Sequence record: KY555144.1
Direction: 5' to 3' (one strand)
DNA: 64,000 nt
This document shows positions 53,057-59,901 of this stretch, piece after piece. The notes under the pieces were generated by a model. That model was not told the origin of the DNA, did not search any database, and was given only the letters and a program-made list of their open reading frames with translations. Every line of letters begins with the position of its first letter. Position 1 is the stretch's first letter. The translations under genes were made by a program, and so were the position numbers.

Positions 53057-53663
53057 ACTGATCCTGGGCGCCGGCGCGGTCGTCGCGGCCTCGGCCCTGC
53101 CGACCGTGGTCGAGGCCGCGCGCATCAAGCCCATTCGACGCTTGCTCCTGGAGAGCGGCTTCGTCCAGCACGAGACCTTCGCCACCTCCTGGATGGCGAC
53201 CTGGACGGAAGACTCCCACGCCTCGCGGCATGCCGAGGTCGTGCGCGCCTGGATCGACGAGACGGTCCAGAGCGGCTATCTCAAGTGTGGCGGCGAGACC
53301 CCCATCCTCGACAAGCACGTGCGGCTTCCGCAGGTGGACTTCACGATCTCGCCGACCGACAAGGTCTGGTCGCACTGGTCGGGCTGGGTCGAGGAGGCGG
53401 GGCTGAAGGTCGTCGTGCGCGTGCTCGCGTCCGATCCCCAGGTCGATGCGACCTTCGATCCGGTCTATCTGATGAAGACCCGCTGGCAGGCCGACGGGAC
53501 CCAGGCTCCGGAGGAGACTCGCTACCTCGTCCGCCGGCCGCTCCTGCGCTACCACGAGGAGCGCGAGCTTCGCTACGCCCTCGGAGACACCGCCGGCTAC
53601 TCGCCGAACTCGTTGGTCGAGTTCGACAATAGCTGGCTTCTCACTATGGCGAAAAGCGCATGA
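53043..53663 (+). CDS. putative Tat-exported protein
   Basis: MNRRELILGAGAVVAASALPTVVEAA twin-arginine-type signal; SD GGAGAG. Confidence 0.68.
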   Translation: MNRRELILGAGAVVAASALPTVVEAARIKPIRRLLLESGFVQHETFATSWMATWTEDSHASRHAEVVRAWIDETVQSGYLKCGGETPILDKHVRLPQVDFTISPTDKVWSHWSGWVEEAGLKVVVRVLASDPQVDATFDPVYLMKTRWQADGTQAPEETRYLVRRPLLRYHEERELRYALGDTAGYSPNSLVEFDNSWLLTMAKSA

Positions 53664-54160
53664 TCCGCTCGCGTAACGAGCCGCCCGAGGTCACCGCCCG
53701 CAAGATGGCCGAGCGGTGGTCGGCCCAAAAGAACCTCATCAGCGGTTTCCTGGCGGGGCCGGCGGAGGCGCTGAACGCCAATTGGCAGTATGTGAGCGCG
53801 CTCCTCTGGGCGCACTGTGATCTGCGGGTCGTGGGGGATTGGCAGGACCGCCCGGTGCGAGGCTGGACGGCCGAGTCCATCAACGCGCCGTTCGACATCT
53901 GCATGATCGAGGACCGTGCCTCGGCGACGATCCAGAACGGCGATCTCGCCGTGACCATGCTCACCACGCTCCTGCCGCATGCGGAGATCACGATCACCAA
54001 GGCGTCCGGACGCAACTGGGATTGGGAAGTCCTGGTCGACACCCGTTTCGCCGCCCACGCCAAGTTCGAGGGCATGGTCTGGGGCTTTGGCCCCAGCATC
54101 GCCCTGGCGGCTTGGCGCGCCTATTTCAGCTACGTCAACAAGGAGCCCACCGATGTCTGA
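53660..54160 (+). CDS. hypothetical protein
   Basis: Coupled ORF; GPSIALAAWRAY end. Confidence 0.78.
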   Translation: MIRSRNEPPEVTARKMAERWSAQKNLISGFLAGPAEALNANWQYVSALLWAHCDLRVVGDWQDRPVRGWTAESINAPFDICMIEDRASATIQNGDLAVTMLTTLLPHAEITITKASGRNWDWEVLVDTRFAAHAKFEGMVWGFGPSIALAAWRAYFSYVNKEPTDV

Positions 54161-54371
54161 CGTCTTCGACGAGGTCGAGCGCCGCCTGAACCGCCGGCGT
54201 CCCGGCTTCTGGATTCACAAGGTCGCCATCGCGATCATCGTGGTGATCGGCCTGCTGGTCGTCGCCGGCGCCGCCGTCCAGGTCTTCAACCCGACCCTGG
54301 CGGTCCAGTGGCAGGCCAAGCAGGACGCGGCCTATGACCGCGCCTACGAAGAAGCCCGGCGGGCCGAGTGA
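54153..54371 (+). CDS. small single-pass membrane protein
   Basis: SD AAGGAG; one TM segment. Confidence 0.78.
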   Translation: MSDVFDEVERRLNRRRPGFWIHKVAIAIIVVIGLLVVAGAAVQVFNPTLAVQWQAKQDAAYDRAYEEARRAE

Positions 54372-54862
54372 TGGTCGTCTTCGCGCCTGAGTACACCTGG
54401 GAGGCGATTGACACTAGCGTGGCGGTCGGCCTGACCGAGGCGGTGATCCGGGGCGAGGCCGCGCCGGTCTGCGTCGGCTCATCCCTGCACGCCATGGAAT
54501 TCCACGTCATCTGGCGCGGCGATCTCTACCGGGCCTTCACCGGCATGGGGAGCGATCCCGACTGGACCTGCGCCGAGAAGGGCGTGCGGGTCCCCCATCC
54601 GCTGGACGGCAAGAAGATCGACGAGATCGAGAAGGACCGGCATCGCGAGGAGGAGCGCTACCGACGCGAGATCGAGACCATGCCCGGCCGGCACCTCTAC
54701 ATCTGCCGCAAGACCGATGACCTCCAGGACATCCTCGCCCGCATCCCGATGGACCTGCGGATGCGCCACGAGATGTCCAACATGATCACCCTGCTGGCCC
54801 GGATGATGCTGGTCCAGAACTCCACCCGCACGCTTTCCCGCTCCAAACTCGACCGGTTCTAA
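54368..54862 (+). CDS. hypothetical protein
   Basis: Coupled 164-aa ORF. Confidence 0.75.
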   Translation: MMVVFAPEYTWEAIDTSVAVGLTEAVIRGEAAPVCVGSSLHAMEFHVIWRGDLYRAFTGMGSDPDWTCAEKGVRVPHPLDGKKIDEIEKDRHREEERYRREIETMPGRHLYICRKTDDLQDILARIPMDLRMRHEMSNMITLLARMMLVQNSTRTLSRSKLDRF

Positions 54863-54863
54863 C

Positions 54864-55385
54864 ATGACCACCCAACGCCTCGATTTCTCCAGCGACGTCA
54901 ACTGGCCCCCGAAGGTCGACTTCGATCTCAAGAAGCTGCGCTACGATGTGGCGGTCGAAATCCTGGAGACCCTGTGGCCCAAGCACCGCCACGACAAACG
55001 CCACGACCTGTCGCTGCTAGGCTCGCTCTGCAAGGTCAAGTTTGGCGCGGCGGGCTTCAAGGCCGACGACATCAAGGAACAGACCTTGGCGGTCATGCGC
55101 ACGCTCGAAGCGGCCAACTTCGTGCGCAACGACGGCGGCGACTGGCACCTGACGGCGACTGGGGCGATCTGGGTCCTGGTGGCCCGGACTGCGCCCTCGG
55201 GCTGGGCGACCGAGAGCGCCTTGCTCCATCACATCGAACTGGCGACCTTCCCCGCCGCCGAGATCGCCTGGGCGGTCGAGTCCTGCCCCTATTTCCACAT
55301 CCGCAAGGGAAGCCTGTTCGACGACAAGGTCTTTGACCTCCAGGCCTACCAACAGCCGCTGGACGGGTGGAACGGATGGCGCTGA
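54864..55385 (+). CDS. winged-helix-like protein
   Basis: TLAVMRTLEAANFVRNDGGDWHLTATG. Confidence 0.72.
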   Translation: MTTQRLDFSSDVNWPPKVDFDLKKLRYDVAVEILETLWPKHRHDKRHDLSLLGSLCKVKFGAAGFKADDIKEQTLAVMRTLEAANFVRNDGGDWHLTATGAIWVLVARTAPSGWATESALLHHIELATFPAAEIAWAVESCPYFHIRKGSLFDDKVFDLQAYQQPLDGWNGWR

Positions 55386-55909
55386 CCCTTGAGGCCTGGG
55401 ACAGCCTGATCCTCGACCTGCGGACCGCCGCCGAGGACAAGGACCGCGAGGCCTGGGACGACGCGATCCAGGCCCTGGAAAGCGCCTTCGACGAGCATGT
55501 CGACGGCCCACTGGAGAGCCATCCCAATACCCTGGCCTGGAAGAAGAGCCTCGACGAGAAGACGCGGTTCCTGGCCGGCTGGCGCCACTGGGGCGGCGGG
55601 GCGCGTGACGTCCCCGACGCCTATCGGGGCGATCCGCACTTCAACCGGGGCCGGTCCGGCGCGGCGATCGCCCAGGACATGAGCGCCGTGAAGGACCTTG
55701 ACGCGTGTCACCATCCGGTCAAGCATCGGATCGCCGGCGGGGATAATCAGGTCCTGCCGCGCCACCCGGCCGTCTACGGCTCCTACGCGGTCGAAATCTG
55801 CCGCCTCTGTCGGGGGTGGACGCTCGTCCAGCACGGGACGCCCCGGTGGCGTCCTGGCCCCTATTACGACGCCTACGAGAAGGCCATGCGCGAGGAAGAG
55901 GAGCGCTGA
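55376..55909 (+). CDS. hypothetical protein with Cys/His motif
   Basis: ACHHP...EICRLCRGW. Confidence 0.78.
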   Translation: MALTLEAWDSLILDLRTAAEDKDREAWDDAIQALESAFDEHVDGPLESHPNTLAWKKSLDEKTRFLAGWRHWGGGARDVPDAYRGDPHFNRGRSGAAIAQDMSAVKDLDACHHPVKHRIAGGDNQVLPRHPAVYGSYAVEICRLCRGWTLVQHGTPRWRPGPYYDAYEKAMREEEER

Positions 55910-55911
55910 CG

Positions 55912-56607
55912 ATGCTCTATGTGTTCGGGGATATCCACGGCCGGCTCGACCTCCTGGAGAAGGCGCGGCACGAAATCCGTGTACGCGGCGACTGCACCCA
56001 GATGATCTTCCTCGGCGACTATGTCGATCGCGGCCCCGACAGCAAGGGCGTCGTCGAGGCGGTGATGGCGCTCCAGGACCAGGGCGAGATCGCCCTGATG
56101 GGCAACCATGAGGAAATGATGCTGACCGCCTGTCAGATCAAGTCCTACAACGCCATGTCCAAACTCTGGGTGTCGAACGGCGGCAAGCAGACCCTGAAGT
56201 CCTACGGGGCCGGCGACAATGCCTGGAACGCCAAATGGGACCTGATCCCCCAGGAGCATGTCGACTGGATGGCGCGCCTCAAGCCGATCCACGAGACGCC
56301 GGGACGGGTGTTCGTCCACGCGGGCCTCGCGCCGGGCGTGTCGATCAAAATGCAGGAGGAGGAACACCTGCTCTGGATCAGGGACAAGTTCCTGAACGCG
56401 CCGGCCGACAAGTTCGAGAAGCATATCGTCCACGGCCACACCCACACCCATGCGCGCAAGAAGATCGAAGAGCCCGAGCTTCTCGCCCACCGGACCAACC
56501 TCGACACCGGGGCCTTCTACACGGGCGTCCTGGCCGTCGGGGTGTTCGATCCGGACGGCTATGGCGGACCCGAGGAGGTGCTGTTGATCCGCGAGGACGA
56601 CGCATGA
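55912..56607 (+). CDS. calcineurin-like metallophosphoesterase (Ser/Thr phosphatase, lambda-PP-like)
   Basis: GDIHG, GDYVDRG, GNHE, FVHAG, VHGHT, NLDTGA motifs. Confidence 0.93.
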   Translation: MLYVFGDIHGRLDLLEKARHEIRVRGDCTQMIFLGDYVDRGPDSKGVVEAVMALQDQGEIALMGNHEEMMLTACQIKSYNAMSKLWVSNGGKQTLKSYGAGDNAWNAKWDLIPQEHVDWMARLKPIHETPGRVFVHAGLAPGVSIKMQEEEHLLWIRDKFLNAPADKFEKHIVHGHTHTHARKKIEEPELLAHRTNLDTGAFYTGVLAVGVFDPDGYGGPEEVLLIREDDA

Positions 56608-57179
56608 TCCCCGACTTCGTCCAGAAGGCGCGCAAACTCCTGCGGCTCTACGGGGACAAGCCGAAGGTCAAGCCGTTCGACCCGTCCGCTCCGCTCGGGG
56701 GAAGTGTGTCTTCGCCGCCCCTCCCGGCGGCGCCGTCTCTATCCTCCAACCACGGGTTCTGGGGCGGCCCTGGCGGCGGCTCGATCCACGTAGGCTCCGG
56801 CCATGCGACCGCCATGGGCTCGGGCGGGGGCGGTAGCACCCAAATCCTGGTCTACAACGGCGGGACGGTGGGCTGGGCGACCATGCCCCAGGCCGTGGTC
56901 ACGGAGGTCAAGACGGTCAGCAAGACGCGGCCCGGCCTGACGGCGGGAGAGGACGAGGTCATCACGACCATGGTTCGCTATGGCGATGTCGAACTGGTTC
57001 TGGAGCGCGATCGCAAGTTCGCTTTCGTGCGGCACAAGATGGAGCTTGCCTATCCCCGCGTCTCGGGCCGTATGCTCAAGTCCTTGATCAAGAAGGGCTA
57101 TCTGAAGGCTATCGAGCATGACGAGATGGGTGGCCCGCAGGTGGCGGTAGTCGTGGCGGGGAAGGTCGCGGTCTGCTGA
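56604..57179 (+). CDS. hypothetical protein with Gly/Ser/Pro-rich N-terminal half
   Basis: ATGA overlap; low-complexity region then a helical domain ending LKSLIKKGYL. Confidence 0.72.
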   Translation: MIPDFVQKARKLLRLYGDKPKVKPFDPSAPLGGSVSSPPLPAAPSLSSNHGFWGGPGGGSIHVGSGHATAMGSGGGGSTQILVYNGGTVGWATMPQAVVTEVKTVSKTRPGLTAGEDEVITTMVRYGDVELVLERDRKFAFVRHKMELAYPRVSGRMLKSLIKKGYLKAIEHDEMGGPQVAVVVAGKVAVC

Positions 57180-57186
57180 ATTTTGT

Positions 57187-57256
57187 TGGCGCGAGAACGT
57201 TGACAGCCTCGGCGTGGTGTCATAAAAGCCTCCTCGACGACAACGAGGAGGCCCCC
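57187..57256 (+). promoter_or_regulatory. family promoter cassette with perfect SD-occluding hairpin
   Basis: TGGCG-N5-ACG-TTGACA-17-TAAAAG; GCCTCCTC-GACGACAAC-GAGGAGGC. Confidence 0.9.
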
Positions 57257-57676
57257 ATGGCTTACGCAATTCCGGACCTGAGCACCTACACGTTCCACGA
57301 CCCCAAGGTCGAACGGTTCGCCAAGGCGATGATCTCGACGATCGAGACCGCCCAGACCATGCTCACGGCCTTCGCCAACGATCTCGCCGACAATCCTCTT
57401 CAGGCGTTCGAGCATAGCTACGGCGCCAAGATGGCCGCCGCCCACAGGGACGTCGCCAAGGGGCTGCTCAACGAGGTTCTCGACGCGCTGCTGCATGGTC
57501 AGGACAAGACCTGGGCCTACATCGGCCAGGACCTGCGCGAGCGGCTGATGTATCGCGTGATCTACGCGGCCTCGAACCCGCCGCGCTCGACCAACGCCGA
57601 GAGCAACGACATGGCCCGCTTCGTCCTGCGCGCCGAGGCCGACATGCTCGACCGCATGACCAAGAGCCGCTTCTGA
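57257..57676 (+). CDS. hypothetical helical protein
   Basis: First gene after a cassette. Confidence 0.85.
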   Translation: MAYAIPDLSTYTFHDPKVERFAKAMISTIETAQTMLTAFANDLADNPLQAFEHSYGAKMAAAHRDVAKGLLNEVLDALLHGQDKTWAYIGQDLRERLMYRVIYAASNPPRSTNAESNDMARFVLRAEADMLDRMTKSRF

Positions 57677-57990
57677 TGCGGATCGTCGACTTCGCGACGT
57701 TCGTGACGCTTCCGGCTGGGACCCTCTACCAGGAGATCGACCAGTACGGGAGCCCCATCAGCGCCCTGGCGATCCGCCACGACGTGCTGTTTGACGGCGA
57801 TCGCCCGTTCGACTTCATCTACGAGGAAATCCTCTACCAGACGGCCGACGGCTTCCTGGGCGACCCGCCGAAGCTGGCCGAGTTGGGGACCAAGCGCTGG
57901 GGGCTCTTCGATGACGAGACCCTGTTCATCGTCTACGAGACGCAGGACCGCGCCCGGCTGGCCAAGATCATCCTGGGAGACGCCGCATGA
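57676..57990 (+). CDS. conserved phage hypothetical protein
   Basis: MRIV...F..LP.GTLY...DF...F.VYE..D. Confidence 0.8.
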   Translation: MRIVDFATFVTLPAGTLYQEIDQYGSPISALAIRHDVLFDGDRPFDFIYEEILYQTADGFLGDPPKLAELGTKRWGLFDDETLFIVYETQDRARLAKIILGDAA

Positions 57991-58370
57991 AGCCGCTCGA
58001 CGAACGCATCCGCGACGCGATCGACACCCCGCGCCCGGCCTGGATCGAGCGCGTCGGGAGCCGCTATCAGGTGATCACCAAGGGCGTGCCGTTCCCGAAC
58101 ACGCGCAATCCGGTCGGCAAGACCTGGGCGCTGCGCTCCGGCGCCCTGACCTACGTTCGCCAGCAATACCTCACCCTGCTGGAGGGCGACTGCCCGCTGC
58201 CCGCCCCGACCCAGGAAGAGCGCGACGCCTATCAGAACGAAGGGCGCGAGCGCCGCGCCGCCGTCGAGCAACTGTCGATGGAACTGGACCGGCCCTATGC
58301 CGAGGTCTGGCGCGCGGTCCGCAACCTGGAGGCCAAGGGCCTGATCCGTTTCGAGGAGGCTCGCCCATGA
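57987..58370 (+). CDS. protein with C-terminal HTH
   Basis: EQLSMELDRPYAEVWRAVRNLEAKGLI. Confidence 0.75.
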   Translation: MKPLDERIRDAIDTPRPAWIERVGSRYQVITKGVPFPNTRNPVGKTWALRSGALTYVRQQYLTLLEGDCPLPAPTQEERDAYQNEGRERRAAVEQLSMELDRPYAEVWRAVRNLEAKGLIRFEEARP

Positions 58371-58588
58371 CGTCGCAGACCCAGAGAACCCTCATCCTGT
58401 CCGGCGTGGGCTTCTTCATCGGCTTCATGCTGGTGTTTGGCTTCATGAGCGTCTCGCAGGCCTCCTACAACCAAGGCTATCGAGACGCCAAGACCGACAC
58501 GCGTCGGGACGAGCCGGCGTGCTTTACCTCCCAGCGCTGCTACCTGGGCCAGGACGCCAACGGGCGGTGGTTCATCGAGCCGAAATAG
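58367..58588 (+). CDS. small membrane-anchored protein
   Basis: SD GAGGAGG; TM segment then YNQGYRDA. Confidence 0.75.
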   Translation: MTSQTQRTLILSGVGFFIGFMLVFGFMSVSQASYNQGYRDAKTDTRRDEPACFTSQRCYLGQDANGRWFIEPK

Positions 58589-58589
58589 T

Positions 58590-58657
58590 TGGCGTTTAAG
58601 TGTTGCCAAAGCCGAGGCACTCGGCTAGAACACGCCCGACGACAACGAGGAGGCCCC
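58590..58657 (+). promoter_or_regulatory. family promoter cassette (variant -35)
   Basis: TGGCG-N5-GTG-TTGCCA-17-TAGAAC-6-GACGACAAC-GAGGAGG. Confidence 0.85.
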
Positions 58658-58864
58658 ATGCCACACTTGAGCCAGCAGCCCTTCACCTTCGACTTCACCA
58701 GCGACGCCCTGCGCGCGGCGCTCGAAATCGAAAAGGGCGCCACCGAATCCTACCGCTACGAGACGATCTTCGTCTTCAACACCGAGCGCGAGATCATCGG
58801 GACCCAGGTCCGCGTCATGGACGAGGAGGGCTTTTTCGAGGCCTACGTGGCGGGGGAAGCCTGA
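58658..58864 (+). CDS. small acidic hypothetical protein
   Basis: First gene after a cassette. Confidence 0.8.
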   Translation: MPHLSQQPFTFDFTSDALRAALEIEKGATESYRYETIFVFNTEREIIGTQVRVMDEEGFFEAYVAGEA

Positions 58865-59232
58865 TGCAGCATCTTGACCCCCGCATCGGCTACCTGAACT
58901 CGGGCGTCTACTACGCCTTCGTCGACGGCTACGACAAGCCCGAGACGCGCGGCACGCTCGAAGAGGTCGAGATCGCCCTGGGCCTGCGCAAGGCTCCGCC
59001 GGCTCCGACCAAGCGCATCGTCGCCGCCCAGCCGGCCGTCAAGACCTACTCGGTCCACATGCGGTTCGAATATCCGGGCTGGAGCTACGTCGACGGCATC
59101 ACCTACGACGGTATGCTCGGCCGCACGAAGGCCGAAGCGATCCGCAACGCCCGCGCCGAGGCCTTTGCCGACGGTCACCTCGGCGTCGGCCAGGGTCGTG
59201 TGTGGTTCAAGGCCACGGAACAGGACGCCTAG
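58864..59232 (+). CDS. hypothetical protein
   Basis: TGATG overlap; GTLEEVE.ALGL, then Y.V...TKAEAIR.AR pattern. Confidence 0.78.
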   Translation: MQHLDPRIGYLNSGVYYAFVDGYDKPETRGTLEEVEIALGLRKAPPAPTKRIVAAQPAVKTYSVHMRFEYPGWSYVDGITYDGMLGRTKAEAIRNARAEAFADGHLGVGQGRVWFKATEQDA

Positions 59233-59466
59233 ATGAGCCGCATCCGTGTCATCGATCGCGACGGGTTCATGCAGGGCTGGGTCGACGCCCGCGTCGGCCT
59301 GCCGACCTATTCCGGCCCCGTCACCCGCTGGACCAAGAAGGGTTCGTTCTGGACCACCGGAGCCGATGGCGAAGAACGCCTGTGGAAGGCCGGCAACCAC
59401 CAGCCCTGCGTCTACAGGAGCAAGCTCCGCAAGAGCGATATCATCCACGAGCGACGGGAGGGCTGA
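59233..59466 (+). CDS. hypothetical protein
   Basis: Coupled 77-aa ORF. Confidence 0.72.
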   Translation: MSRIRVIDRDGFMQGWVDARVGLPTYSGPVTRWTKKGSFWTTGADGEERLWKAGNHQPCVYRSKLRKSDIIHERREG

Positions 59467-59467
59467 C

Positions 59468-59785
59468 ATGGGCCTGCTGAGCATCTATCTGACGGGCGCG
59501 GCGCTCACCGGCGTGGCGACGGGCGTCTACCTTTTCAAGTTCCGGGCGCCCGCGACGCATGAGACCTACACCACCACCTGGGGCTATGTCGAAACCGACG
59601 ACGTCAACGAGACAGGCAAGCACCTGGGGGCGATCCTCCTGATGGCGCTCTTCTGGTTCGTCATGGTCCCGATGGGGATCGTCATGGGCCTCTGGCATCT
59701 CCTGGTCCGCGCCGTCGACAAGGCTTGGCGACGGCGCACGACGCGCCGCGAGAAGACGCACGTCGGCACCCATCGCTATCTGTGA
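59468..59785 (+). CDS. membrane protein
   Basis: Two hydrophobic segments, basic tail. Confidence 0.75.
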   Translation: MGLLSIYLTGAALTGVATGVYLFKFRAPATHETYTTTWGYVETDDVNETGKHLGAILLMALFWFVMVPMGIVMGLWHLLVRAVDKAWRRRTTRREKTHVGTHRYL

Positions 59786-59801
59786 TCGTCGCCAGCCCGG
59801 C

Positions 59802-59860
59802 TGGCTTCAGTGTGTTGACGGCGCGTCGATCGCCCGCTAAGAAGGGCTGACGGTCACGCT
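59802..59860 (+). promoter_or_regulatory. family promoter, divergent leader
   Basis: TGGCT-N5-GTG-TTGACG-17-TAAGAA; leader ACGGTCAC; preceded by a GCCAGC-CCG-GCTGGC hairpin. Confidence 0.78.
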
Positions 59861-59901
59861 CTGGCTGCATGAATTTTCAATCCGAAAGGGGCCTTAAGTC
59901 C

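Noticed and set aside
9259-59820. TGGC...TTG(A/C) motif read as sigma54 (-24/-12) promoters
   Set aside because: Sigma54 needs GG-N10-GC. Here GG is followed after 10 nt by TT and after 12 nt by GA (GC in only one copy), and each site has a proper sigma70 -10 at 17-18 nt.
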